Origin: Takakia lepidozioides
Lineage: Eukaryota; Plantae; Bryophyta
Assembly: GCA_030704615.1 (NCBI GenBank)
Contig: CM060731.1
Coordinates: 50,282,001-50,346,000, forward strand
Length of the DNA: 64,000 nucleotides
Direction: 5' to 3'
The first letter of the stretch is position 1; every line of letters starts with the position of its first letter. Below, piece after piece: positions 37,920 through 51,250 of this stretch. The notes under the pieces were generated by a model. That model had not been told where the DNA came from and did no database searches. It saw only the letters and a program-made list of their open reading frames with translations. Position numbers and translations under genes: made by a program.

Positions 37920-38495
37920 TCACTGGATACTTGGGCCTCTACATAGGAGATGCACTTGGATATAACATAAATAGAAGATTGCACTTGGGCTTAGATGGGC
38001 CTCGACACAGGAGACACACTTGGATACGTAGGAAATTGCACATGGACTTAGATTTCAATCTTCACACATGGGCCAACGGCATACACTAGAGGTCGCACTT
38101 GGGCGTTGACATAGGAGACGCATTGGGATACATAGGAAATTGCACTTGGTCTTAGATTTCAACTCTTCATACATGGGCTGGAGGTCACACTTGGGCCTCG
38201 ACATAGGAGATGCTTGGATACATATGAGATTGCACTTGGGCTTAGATGACATTTGACACTTGGGCCCAGGCACAGGCTATCCAAGTACTTTTGGTCGCTG
38301 AAAATTCCCGAAAAATAGCAAGGTGGGAATTATGGGACAAGGGTTGGAGCTTTGACAAGAGAGATATCAAGGGAAAGATCTCCGGTACAAATATGGTCGT
38401 AGGCTTTGTGGAAAAAAAATGATTAGATGTGGCTTGCTTCATATATTGATGTATGTGGACTTAGATGACATTGGACACTTGGGCCAATGACATAG
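37920..38495. repeat. Degenerate tandem repeat with cores CACTTGGGC / ACATAGGAGA
   Basis: More than 10 recurrences of cacttgg(g)c, with cttagat and ggatacata subunits. Confidence 0.75.
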
Positions 38496-39184
38496 GCTAC
38501 CCTACTCAATCTATGATGTGAAACGTTTGTTTTGTTTTGTTTTGTTTTGTCGCGTTGAGATGTCCCAAACCACAAGCCCCAGCCCTAGTGCTTGGTACCG
38601 TGGGGTGAAGGCAACCGACAGTGGTGAGTGATGATCACGAGTCCTTTAGAAGTACACAACATTTTTTTTTTAAGTTTAAAAACTGAAAATGCAATGCATT
38701 GACTAAGAAAGTAGATGGATGTATAAGGCAAATTCATTTTAATAAAAGAATTGTGATTAGATTAAGTTGTCGAAATTATAAAATCAACCTTAAAGTCAAC
38801 CCTAAATCATAAACCCTAAACCTCTAATTACATGAAAAAGCCCATATCTTTCTTGGCGGTCCTGCTTAATGACATTTTCAATGAAGGGAGTTTCTTTAAT
38901 TCATTCATTTTCCTCTTATAGGACAATCTGAAAATTCACTGCTTTTTAGGGTACTTAAAAGTACATGAAATGTATATAATTGAATATTATTTATTAGAGT
39001 TGTCATTTTAGTTTCTTTAAGAAAAGTACCCCCTTATAGTGAGTCCCATTTTTCATGTTGATTTGTAATTGGAAAGAAAAAAGTCCGTAACCTCACATTT
39101 TTCTCTTCACATTAAGAGCTAAGTTCGATGGCTAATAATAATAATATTGACGCCTCCCAAAGGAAATGTAAATTATGGTGTCTC

Positions 39185-39310
39185 CTCACCCCAATGGGTT
39201 ACCTGCCTTCCGCTTAGGAAGGTGGACACCTTTGTGACACCAAGGGTGGATTGAACCCACAACCACTTTCGAGGTGGTGCCCATTACACTGGGCTACAAC
39301 TTGGTTGTCT
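39185..39310 (-). mobile_element. tRNA-derived SINE copy (diverged)
   Basis: Same head and body as the 32540 and 63487 copies, on the minus strand. Confidence 0.75.
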
Positions 39311-40390
39311 TCGATGGCTTTTTTTCCTTCTAAGAGGAGAACCACCGGACGCAAGCTTGCCCGGAAAATTCAACAGCCTCTGGGCTGTTTGCCGGTTGGG
39401 GTTTTTTTATTTTATTTTTATTTTTTATGGTTCGGGCTGCCATCGAAGCTCGTAAATCTGCATATTATTGATTGGGCATATTGGTGTGCCTCCGAGCGAG
39501 GGAAGGGCAATATTAAATTACTGTATGGGTTTCCAGAATGCGGTAGGTAAACATCATGCGTTGGTCGCACGTGGGAAGGAGAGAAGGTCGTGGGCTGTGG
39601 GCCGTGCAAGCACGCCGGTGACCCGGTGTTTGCGTCTCAGGTTTGGGGAGCAGCAGCGACCGGTCGGGCCGGGCCGGGCCGGGTCCCACTGTCACGCTCG
39701 CACTTGCCCCACCCCACACTTGCAACTCAAACCGAGCACGCGCTCGACAGCACTAACGAGGCCGCCAAGAGCTTGGGTTCGAGGGGTGCCTATTCTGTGG
39801 GCAAATGGGCGCGCAGGACGACCCACATTTGCAGGGTAGGTTGGAAGCGGGTGACTGGGAAGGGGTCCGTTGCAGCGCACGTGGCACGATCGACTGATCC
39901 ACGTGGAAAGGCAGAAACGCCTCGGCAGGCGCGAGGGGATAGCCGCCAGGCTGCCTCTGCGCAGCTGTCTATTGTGGAGGGCGGGCCAGCTTGCTTCCTG
40001 ATTACCCTCGCGACTTGCTGTACAGATTCATCATACGCTTTCCTGGCATAAATTGGCTTCAGGATTGGGTGAGATCATCACGGGGAGCTGGTCGTAGTTT
40101 CTGTTAATGTGTTGGAGGTGGAGTTGTGAGGAATCTGGACGTGAAGACGATTGCACTGATCAGATTTGCTTGCACAGCCTATGCGAATACCGTAGTTAGC
40201 TTTCTCTTAAGATTCTTTCAGAAGTTTTAGCTTGTACATCGACTAACTCACCGGCTGTTTGTTGGCAGTTTGCATGGCATAAAACTTGAGCGTAATTGTG
40301 TATTCTTTTTCGCCTCTGGACATTCGAAAGCGTCCCGTAGAGAGCCAAACGTCTTGTAGAGGCTGTTGTGAGGGGAGTTTTCCCTTGGAA

Positions 40391-42646
40391 ATGGCATGGC
40401 GTGCTAACCGGGAGATCCCTAAGATTTTCACTGCCGCGAATCGATTCTCTAAGAGCTTCGTTCAAGAAAATTTCGCTGTTAGATGCACGACAACGAAGGC
40501 TCAACTGTACAACAATGGTGAGGCGCAGGTAACTGGTGATATCTTACAAACCAAGAACGGGGAGGTCGTTTACTCGGGGGTGACCACCAAAGAGCTTCTC
40601 ACAACACTGTTCAATCTTCATTTGGTCGCATATGAGCCCGTTGTCGATCTGAGCGTCAAAGTTCTCACCTCTCCTTTGATGCAATATGCACCCTTCCGAG
40701 TACCGGTCCTTCATGTCGTAAAGAGGACTGCATACTCTCACTTCTGTGCGGGAGAGGACGTCGGGGAAGCCTCAGCCACCCTGAATAGGATGTGGGAGCT
40801 TGGACTCTGCGGCATCATGGACTATGGCTTGGAGGACGCGATTGACAACCGGTCTTGCGATAAGAATCTTACTGACTTTCTGCACGTTGTTCATCAGAGT
40901 GGCCAGATGCCACCTGGATCAGTAAGTACTGAAATGTATTCTCATGTCACGGTTGTTATTCCTCCTCTAGAGACGTATTGTTTACTTGTGGAGGATTCAA
41001 CGTTGTTGTGACTGATTTTGCTGTCTACTCTTTGTTCTTGAGTTGTTGACTCATTGGTGCAACTTTTTCGTCCAACCCGTGCGTATGGACGTCATACCCT
41101 GCTGCAGGTAAGCTTTTCTTGCATCAAGATCACCGCAATTTGTCCAATTCACCTTCTGGAGCGCGTTAGTGACCTCCTGAGGTGGCAACATAAGGTGCAT
41201 GGATACAAGCTTCCCTGGAAGCAGGACGGATTGCCAGTGTTAGCAGAGTGCAGTCCCACGTACCATGTGCAAGCAGAGCCGGAGCCGCTAACGACCGATG
41301 AAGAACGTGACTGGACGCTTGCCCATCAGCGGCTGTGGAAGTTGTGCGAGTCATGCGAACGCGAGGGCTTGCCACTGCTAGTAGACGCTGAGTACACATC
41401 TGTCCAGCCAGCGATTGACTACCTCGTCTTTGCTGCTGCACTACACTTTAACAAGGGGAGCCAACCTCTGGTGTACGGAACCGTTCAAGCATATTTGAAA
41501 GATGCATTTCCACGACTCTCTGTTGCTCTGAAATGGGCGTCCCACCATGGGATCTCTTTCGGTGCGAAGCTCGTTCGAGGAGCATACCTTACCAGAGAAA
41601 CTGCATTGGCTGCCAAATTAGGTGCCCCTTCTCCCATACATTCGAACATTGAAGAAACGCACCGCTGTTACGACGCTTGTGCTGCATTTATGCTGGAGCA
41701 AGCTGCATGTGGAGAAGGCTCTGTGGTGCTTGCAACTCATAATACGGACTCTGGTGAGTAATCAAAGTTTGTTTCTCAGTTCGCGGTTAAGAACTATGTG
41801 TTATTGCTTGGACAAGCATGTGTCATGGTTTTCTTGGATTTAAACGTTTCTAGATCATTCCGTGTGCGCCCATATGACATTCTTGAAGCGTCACCTTGTT
41901 TTGTTTTTTAGAGATATTTAGCTGAGTTGCACTTTGTGGATTAAAGCTGAAGTTGGCAACCTTGGGAGCGCAGGAAGGGCAGCAGCATTAAAGGCAGAAG
42001 AGCTGGGATTGACCAAGGGGGATCGAAGGCTGCAATTCGCACAACTGAAGGGTATGTCGGATGTATTGTCATTCGCGTTAGTACAGGCTGGTTTCCGAGT
42101 GAGCAAGTATCTTCCTTTTGGGCCAATATCTCAGGTGGTTCCTTACCTGGTGAGACGTGCGGAGGAGAATCGCGGTCTGCTCGGCAACACTGTTATGGAG
42201 CGCAGGTGTATTAGGTATTTTTGTATACCTAACAAGCTTCAGAAGTAATAAGCTACCTATTGTCAAAGCCCTAGGCCATTTCGGATCTTGCTGCAGTAGT
42301 TGAAAGACTTGTGAAATCATAAGCTGCAGGTTATCTAGAATCTTTGGAATTCAGATTTCTGTCGCAGAAAAGACTATCCTTCAATAAGAGCAATCAGTCT
42401 CCCTGTAGGCTATCAGTGACAGGTTCTTTTGTTGATTTGTTCAAGTATGCTGTGATTAGGGAACCATGACCATTCGATTTACTTAGGCTCCAGGTTAAGG
42501 GTTTGTAATTGTGTATTATAGACTCTGGGCACAGCTGAAGTGGTACTTTTTCCTAATGCAATATGTGCCTCAACTGACGTCAGTGAGGTGAACTGGTGAC
42601 CAGGCAGGAGTTGCAGCGGAGGCTACAACAGCTGGCGGGCATGTAA
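40391..42646 (+). CDS. ProDH: Proline dehydrogenase (mitochondrial), 4 exons
   Basis: Exons 40391-40921, 41108-41753, 41974-42214, 42604-42646. Motifs HFCAGED, LLVDAEYT, VQAYLKDA, KLVRGAY, ATHN, FAQLKGM, KYLPFGP, YLVRRAEEN. Confidence 0.95.
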
Positions 42647-44095
42647 TGGAATCCTGGATTGCTCTTACTAAGTCATTGTGTGACATCCACAGGGATGAAA
42701 GCTTCTAATCAGAACTTGACATGGTCCTTCACACAACCTGTGGGGCCAGCCATATTGATCTTATCTTCAGCATCATGGAAGGAGGGTTCGGATGGCAGTA
42801 AGCATGATTACACTGGCTTTGGCCAGAGTCTCTCATGTGTGTTGTGCCTGTGCATTTGTAATTTGATAGTCCAAATTGTGCAAACTTTAGTATCTCACAC
42901 AGAAGAATTCACCAAGTCACTTATCAAGGGGAATCTGTCTATGCTCATGTCCCCTGCTAAATACATTTGTGATCGATTTTTTGCTGATTTTCAAAGAAGA
43001 TCAGCTACTGTATGATTCACATATTTTCAATGTGTAAATAGGAGGGTGAGCGTTGACACTTGTCTGGGTAGCTACTTTCAATACCAGTGGCTGAAAGCTT
43101 TACTTCTGTAGTTATGGATTGGTATGCGCACCTCGCCTTTCTCGACTTGAATATTTCGTGTGTTCACTTGTATGTGTGTGACTTGTGTTGGATCGACTGT
43201 GCAATGCCTTTATCCGGCCCCGATCCCTTGTTGTGATGCCTTTCTGATTGTCTCTTGCAGTATGTTCTCGAATCGCAAATGTGGTCAATGCTGTGATTGG
43301 CACAAATGAACATATTATCTCCATTGCAGGAAGAGTAGTCATTGCTAACCAGGTCATTCTGGCCTCCATTTGGTTCTTGCTGCCCTGGGTCATCGCAGAG
43401 CTTTAGTTTCCTGGATCTTGATGGCTGGCTCGTATCCTCCTCGGAACGAATCAGACGCAGGTCGGCAAACAATCGAGAACGCAGTGATTAAACACACTCA
43501 ATGTTTGACAGTGCTTTGAACATCTCACTTCCCAGTGTGTTACGAGTACTTCCATTTCAGGTAGCACCCGTCAGCGAGCATCAAACTCCAGCTTGAAGAA
43601 GGCCAGTCAGCTACATTGAACCTCTCCGCCGCTGAATTTAAAGAGCTGCAACCGCACGGACTAAGATGCAGAGGAGTTTTGTAAGAGAAAGAAAGTTTAC
43701 AGTTTGTCCAAGGGAAGCTCAAAGTTTGTGGGACAAAGACAAGAGGAGCCCAAAATGAACACAACAAAGAATGAATGTAAGGAAGAAAGGTGTGCAGTTT
43801 ATTTGCAGAGAACAAGCATAGATGTGTGGACAAGTCTGTGGATTTGAGGCGGGAATCTTCCTTGCTCTGAATCCCATGTGCACCCAACCATAACTAGACA
43901 GCTAGTAATCGGCCACTGTAGTTGCAGTATACTTGCAGCAGAGAGCAAGGAAAGCGTTGTCGTCGAAATTCGAAACCCTAGAAGGCCAAATTAGTCGTGC
44001 GTTGCCAACTCCCACCGCAGTTTTACGCGCCTCTTGCTTCACTATGTCCGGGGAGGCAAAAGACCCAGGATGCAAACGTAAGGCAGTGCCTATGA

Positions 44096-47000
44096 ATGAG
44101 TTGTGGGTGGGGTCGGCATGTTTTGTCAGAGCGTGGTTACACTCTCGCACAAGGGATGGCAGCACGCTCCGCAGCTTTCCTGAGCTGGGAGGGGGAGGCC
44201 ATCAATCAGGCCCTATGTTTTGCTTACGGTGAGCGAGCAGGAAGCTTGACATCATGCAACCGCTATACGGGCCAGGCTGTGGGGCTGAAACGGGAAGTTG
44301 TATTGGAGAATTCGGGCCTCATGCCCGTGCGAATGGTGGCTGCGATGCCTCCCCTGCCTTCAGAGACACCGGACAAAGGTATGGAGATGTGTATCCTCAG
44401 TAGTTTTTTCGGATTACGAACTGTGTGCGGCGGAGCGAGCCAGTGTCCACATTGTCCATTGACCCCGCGCCCAGTTTGAGCGGATCACAAAGGGACAGAA
44501 CCTACCTTCAGGGGCTGACGCTAGTAGGAAGACTTACCTTGGAATAAACAGTTGATTTGGGTTTTCCAGATATCCTCTAGAAATCCCTTTACACAAGCAT
44601 CAACCTGCTGTGTGTGGTTTGCCCAAGAACTGGGCCCCAAAAGGGCCAGGGCTTTTGGCTCAGCCTCGAGACTTTCAAAGTTGGTAAACAGAGGGAGAGA
44701 GAGAGAGAGAGAATGTACTCATAAGACGTTGTTTGCCGTAGCCTTGTGGCCATTGACCCCGCCCCCAGTTTGAGCGGAACACAAAGCGACAGAACCTACC
44801 TTTGTCAGGGGCTGACGCCGGTAGTAAGACTTACCTTGGAATAAACAATTGATCCTGGTTTTCCAGATATCCTCTAGAAATCCCTTAGCACAAGCATAAA
44901 TGTGGTTTGCCCAGTAACTAGGCCCCAAAAGGGCCTGGGCTTTTGGCTCAGCCTCGAGACCTTCAATTTTGGTAAACAGAGGTACAGGTACACCCCTTGA
45001 TAGATTTGAGGAGAGTGTCTCTCTGGTGAGAGAACCCCGGACAATGAATCAGAAAATGGCTATTGTCTTCAGGTTGCCCACCCAACGGGCAATTGCACTC
45101 TCCCGTTCCTCTCTGCTTCTGTTTGCTGTTCAAAGGTAGGCTTCCTGCCCTAAGTTTAAATTTCAGTCTAGTGCCGAGAGTGGGTAGACCCTTGAGGTCA
45201 TCCATGATGTCCTCCCCCATGTCACAGACTGGAAACAGGTTCAGGGAAGTTTCCTGCTTAACTTCATTTTCATCAGACAATTTCCTGGCAACAGACGGAC
45301 TACAGCCTCTATGTCAGATTTATCCAGCAGGGTCAAGACTTGCGGATGGAGATTAATCTCTTCTACTCTCTTCCGCCAGGACAGAGCCTGTTTGACAGGG
45401 CTATCCTGTTTCCAAGATATAGTGTCGATCAACTTAGGATATCTGATGTTGGACATATGTTGCAGCTGACCCCACCATCTGACCTTGAATTCATCTCGTC
45501 GGGATCTTAAAGAAGGGATGCCCGAACAGCCACATTGGCTGTTTTGGAGCATGCTGACATGCACTCCTTAAGCACCCCCACTAGAATGGATTCTAGAGAC
45601 TTAGCCTGGTTGGAGTTATCAACCCATATTGCAGATGCGTACTCCAAGGCAGGTCTAATAATGCGACAAAGCATGGTTTTCTTGACCTCAGAGTTGAGAG
45701 AGAGAGAGAGAGAGATCCCGTCACCATAGCCTGATTTTGGGGAGTTAGCCTCAAGTTTGTCCGTAAGTGACATTGGTCCCTCTTGAGCATGCAGAGTCAG
45801 AATTGCAAGTTGCACTGCCCCCCCTTGAGAAGGGCTGAGAGAGAATCTCAATGTGCGGACTGAGTCTATACTGCCTTGAGGCAACTCCTTGTGGGGTTTT
45901 GTGAATGGATTCCCAGTCAACAATCTCACACACAGCAAGGACAATCTGGTTACAATCCGGTGACAGTCGAACGGCCAGACTAAGGGCTTGTGAGAAAGAA
46001 AGAAGAATTTATTTTGTTCGCAGGAGGACAAAGAGACGCACGGAGGAGAATACAATAGCATCACAGAATCCAAAGAAATCCCAATAATTGTGTGAAAGAG
46101 GGAGGGAGAAGGATTTTGGAAAGCCTACACTAGCAGTCCTCACAGAACTTCAATATGCTGAAGCCCTATGTTTTAGTGGTATTGCATGTAGGCCAATCAA
46201 CGAGCCGAGATCAGCTGTGGCAGCAATGTTCCTCAAATCCTTCACAGTGGTGGGACAACAGGTTTGTTAAGGTGAGGCTATATTCACTTAGGAAGAGTTT
46301 TAGCTGGCATGATGATGTTTTGTATCTCCATGACTGTATCTCCATTGCTTCCACTTAAGATATTTTTTCCGTCTGCTGCGATAAAGCAGCTCAAGCAGGA
46401 TCAATAGGTTGCTCTTCTATGTTAGGAGGGTATGCAAATAGCTTGCTCAAGGTGGTTCCCTGTCAATTCATAGGTGCTTGGAGCTTTGGTGCTTGTAGCC
46501 TGGTCAATGCACCATGTGGTTGAATCTATGGCTGCCAGGGGCCCACTGGTGGTTTTCACAGAAAAGTCCAAGATCACCAGACTTCAGACATGAGTGCGCA
46601 AAGGAGGCACGCTGGAAAGCAGGTTGGTTGAACCCTCCTTGGGTGAAAGCAGAGCTGGCTGCCATGATACAAGGTCTAGCACAGTGTGGTGATGCAAGGA
46701 CACTATGTATGGCAGGGCGACTGAAAGATGCGGTGCACATTTTGAACCGGCAAGACATTTCGGCAGACTCCGACACTTATGTCCGTCTCTTGCAGGAGTG
46801 CATCAACATGCAAGGCCTAGAAGAAGGAAAGCAGGTGCATGCCCACATTATCCGAACTGGATTCAAGCCAAAAGTCTTCTTACTTAACACCCTTATGAAC
46901 ATGTACGCCAAGTGCAGGAGCGTGGTGGATGCACGGCAAGTGTTTGACGAGATGCCTAAACGAGTGATATTTACCTGGAATATAATGATAGCAGGATATG

Positions 47001-49405
47001 CCAATTATGGGTGCGGTAGGGAGGCAATTGAGATCTATGAGCAAATGATGCAGGAAGGGACAACACCCAATAAGGTGACATTCATATGTGTTGTCAAAGC
47101 ATGTGCCTGTCTGGCATCCCTGCAAGAGGGCAAAGGGGTCCATGCCGACATTATCAGAGCTGGGATTGCACCGGATGTGATCCTGGAGACTGCCCTTGTT
47201 GACATGTATGCCAAATGTGGGAGCCTGAAGTATGCGCGTGAAGTGTTCAATAATATGGCTACAAGAAATGTGGTCTCATGGAATTCAATGATCACAGGAT
47301 ATGTTCAGAATGGGTGTGGTACGGAGGCATTGGAAATCTATGAGCAAATGAATCGGGAAGGGGTGATGCCCAACAAGGTCACATTCATTTGTGTTCTCAA
47401 GGCTTGTGCCAGTCTGGCATCTCTGGAACAGGGCATAAAGGTACATGCTGACATCGTGAAAGCTGGAATTGGCACAGATATCATTCTGGAGACTGCCCTT
47501 GTTGACATGCATGCCAAATGTGGGAGCTTGAAAAATGCACGGCTAGTGTTCGACAACATGGTCCAACGAGACGTGGTCTCATGGAATGCGATGATCACAG
47601 GGTATGCTCAGCGTGGGTGTGGTATGGAGGCTTTGGAGCTCTATGAGCAAATGGTACAGGAAGTAATGGCCGCTGATAAGGTAACATTCATTTGCATCCT
47701 TAATGCCTGTTCCACCCTGGCGGTGCTGGAAAAGGGTAAAGAGGTGCATGCTGACATCATCCAAGCTGGAATCCTGCCAGATATAATTGTGGAGACTGCC
47801 CTTGTCAACATGTATGGCAGATGCGGGAGCATGAAGGATGCGCGTCATGTGTTTGACAATATGGCGCAACGAAATGTGGTCTCATGGAGTGCAGTCATTG
47901 CAGGTTACACTCATCATGGGTGTTGTACGGAGGCTTTTGAGATGTATGAGCAAATGATACAGGAAGAGGTGACTCCGGACAAAGTCACTTTCATTTGCGT
48001 TCTCAGGGCGTGTGGCAGCCTGGCAGCCCTGGAGAAGGGCAGAGAGGTGCATGCTAACATTATCAAATCTGGGATTCCTCCGGATATCATCCTGGAGACT
48101 GCCCTTGTTGACATGTACGCCAAATGCGGGAACATGAAGGATGCGCTTGAAGTGTTTGACAATATGGCTGAGCGTGATGCTGTGTCATGGAGCGCTATGA
48201 TTGCAGGATATGCTCAGAATCAGTGTGGTAGGGAGGCTTTTGGCATCTATGACCACATGATCAAGGAAGGCGTGGCACCCAACAAGGTCACATACATCTG
48301 CATTCTCAATGCTTGTGCCAGCCTTGCAAGCCTGGAAAAGGGCAAAGAACTGCATGCTGAGATAATCAAAGCTGGAATCCCAGCAGATGTCATTCTGGAC
48401 ACTGCCCTTGTGAACATGTATGCAAAATGTGGGAGCATGGAGGATGCCATTCAACTGTTTGACAATATAGCTGAACGGAATGTGGTTTCATGGAATGCGG
48501 TGATTGCAGCATATGGTCAGCATGGGTGTGCCAGGGAGGCCCTTCAACTATTTGAACAAATGCAAGAGGAAGGGTTGAAGCCAAATAGTGTCACGTTTAT
48601 TTGTGTTCTCTCTGCATGTAGCCATGTGGGCCTAGTGGATGAGGGTTGTCACTACTTTGATTACATGAATGAAGTTCATGGTGTTGCTCCTACAGTGGAG
48701 CATTTTGGCTGCATGGTGGACCTTTTTGCGCGTGCAGGGCGATTGGTTGATGCGGAGGAGTTCGTCAACAGAATGCCTATCAAACCAGGTGCTTCAGTCT
48801 GGGGGGCCTTGCTTGGTGCCTGCAGAATTCATGGCAATGTGGAGGTAGCCGAACGTGTGGCAAAATGCCTCCTGCAGTTGAATCCGCAGGAGGCTGCGAC
48901 TTATGTGCTGCTATCGAACATCTATGCTGCAGCTGGCAGGTGGGACGATTCAGCAAAAGTGAGAAAAATGATGCAGGACAGAGGTGTTAAAAAAGAGCCA
49001 GGGCACAGCTGCATTGAGGTGGACAACCGGGTGCACACATTTGTTGCAGAAGAGAATTCCCATCCACAAATTGAGGAAATCCATGCCGAGCTGAAGAGAT
49101 TGTCTATGTGCATGAAAGAGGCTGGGTATGTACCTGACACACAGTTTGTATTGCATGATGTGGAGGTGGAGCAAAAGGAAGTTTCTCTTTGTCACCACAG
49201 TGAGAAGCTGGCGATCACTTTTGGGCTCATGAGCATCCCCCCTGGGATGCCCATCCGTGTCATCAAAAACCTACGGGTGTGTGGTGACTGCCACACCGCT
49301 ACCAAATTCATATCAAAGATTGTTGGTCGTACAATTGTTGTGCGGGATACCAACCGCTTTCACCACTTCCAAGATGGGGATTGCTCTTGTGGGGATTACT
49401 GGTGA
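44096..49405 (+). CDS. PLS-class PPR protein with E1-E2-DYW deaminase and an N-terminal OSB-type PDF motif (~1068 aa)
   Basis: Exons 44096-44378, 46192-46271, 46562-49405, phase-compatible (exon 1 less certain). L-S-(PLS)x5-P2L2S2-E1-E2, PG box, HSEKLA, CGDCH, C-terminal DYW. Confidence 0.9.
44445..45715 (-). mobile_element. LINE family B 3' part with a duplicated 3' end, in the PPR gene intron
   Basis: IIRPALEYASAIW, LGTRLKFKLRAGSLPLN, CNCPLGGQPEDNSHFLIHC. ~240-bp duplication at 44450-44694 / 44748-44980. Confidence 0.8.
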
Positions 49406-49529
49406 AAAAAGCAGCAAGTGTTTTGCCTCAAGCAGGTAATAAACAAGTGAATTTCATTGAAAACATCTCACCAGTCCCTGTGAGCTGCCCGTATGATCTC
49501 TTTGCCACCAAAGGATTGGTAAAAGTTTG

Positions 49530-49930
49530 AAGTGATTCATTCATGGTGATTATCGCCATCCACGTGCAACATTGAGCAGCTGAAGTAACCATATTAATGG
49601 AAGGCCTTATTGCAGAGCAGTGTTGATTCATCCATGCCGAGGATCACCATCACAGACATTATCGAACAGCTGGAATACCAAACTGACAGGAAGCCTCATT
49701 GCAGGGGAGAGTGAATCACCAAACAGCTGAAGTCTTGAATTCACAGCAAGCCTTATTGCAGAGTGTGTTATTCCATCATGGTGATGATCACCATCCGTGT
49801 ACATCATCAAACAGCCGGAGCACCAAATTCTCGGAAAGTCTCATTGGGGCAAAGTGTTGGTTTATTCATGGTGATGATCAACATCCGCGTACATCATTCA
49901 ACAGCTGGAGTACTGAATTCGTGGAAAGCC
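49530..49930. repeat. Degenerate ~85-90 bp tandem repeat (4-5 units) downstream of the PPR stop
   Basis: Recurring catggtgatgatca.catcc...acagctg.agta...aagcct.attgcag. Confidence 0.7.
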
Positions 49931-51250
49931 AGGTGTTGCCAGCTTCCAAAGGAGAAAGTACGCATGGAGTACATCACGAGGTTATGGAGTTGAAAGTTCT
50001 TTTACCAAAAAAGGTTGAACAAGGGGTTCACAAAATCATTGAGGATGAAGCAATTCGCATTTTGACACTTAATCCCTACGCACACATTCCTAATTGCTGA
50101 ATGTAAAACTTCCATTCCTTTTGTTGCCTGCATCCGAAAATGCCCAGTATTGATAACGGAACCAACATTCTATTAACATAGTTTCCAGTTTGCAGTTTGC
50201 ATTTGGAAGTTCCACATACTTGCCCTCTTCGGCTGGCTGGCCGATCCATTCCATTCAAGTGCCACTCAATCAAGTGCCGCACTGCTCTCACAAGGACACG
50301 TGTGCATCCCCCTCCCTTCCTACACAACAAGTGTACACTGCTACCCTAAAAAAACAGCAGTCTCACCTCATTCCTCACCTGCCATTGGCTGCTCCCACCA
50401 AGGACTTTCTGGAATGGCAGGTGCCAGCTGCCCATCTCCCCCATTTAATCTTACGCTGGACCATCGCAACTTAATTATTAGTACTATGGACTGGGGTACT
50501 TATTTATTGATTTGATAGAGGGGCACAATGCAACAGCAGCCTGCTTCAGTGCATAGAAATACTAATTGGGAGCCATTGTTTGTGTAAGTTAGTAGTTACA
50601 GACTGCCTGTGACTCTTACCATAAACCTCAAAAGGCCCCTTGCTTCCCTTCGTCTCCTAAAAATGCACAGACTAAACCCTGTGTGGGATGGGAAATTGGA
50701 TTGGAAAACTGGATACAAACTGTCACTCTCACTCCTCTGGGGCTTGTGCTTCCTCAAGCACTTGCAAGCTCTCTTCCCAAACCTCGCCCTACCAACACGT
50801 AAGAGTCTCGAGATTGGGCTAAGAGCATCCAAAGGCAACCCAATATGGGGGTACTAAAATATATGATGATCAAGACTTATATGTTCACTCCTCATTGGCT
50901 GAGATAGAATTCCTCTGCATGACGCAATCCACCAGGGAGCAGCCACTCTTTGACCGTCACTTGTGAATCACAGGGAGTGCCAAGTGTGCACGTTCCATCT
51001 GGCGGCAGCAACTGGAGTCCACCTCATCGGCGACAGATTGATGCAGATCAGAAAGGCTTTAAATTTAACAAACGGATGCAAGAGAGAGAGCGAGAGAGAG
51101 ACAAGCGAGCGATTGTGGGTGCCGCTTTGGTAAGCAAAAAGGGGTGGTCGATTTGCTTCGGAATTGTGTAGTTGCCTTTTACAAGAGTCCGTTTAATTCT
51201 CTGCCTGTACAGAGCAATCTTGGCTGAAGTCTCTGCCAGTCTCTGAAATC

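Noticed and set aside
43112-43887. Short minus-strand ORFs between ProDH and the PPR gene
   Set aside because: No recognisable motifs or exon structure.
46514-46561. ORF-track start MWLNLWLPG for the PPR
   Set aside because: Probably intronic. An AG at 46560-46561 and an upstream exon complete the PDF motif.
46777-49198. Repeated minus-strand ORFs
   Set aside because: They are antisense shadows of the PPR repeats.
48985-49405. U-to-C (KP-type) DYW variant
   Set aside because: It has a PG box, HSEK and a DYW terminus, i.e. the canonical C-to-U type.
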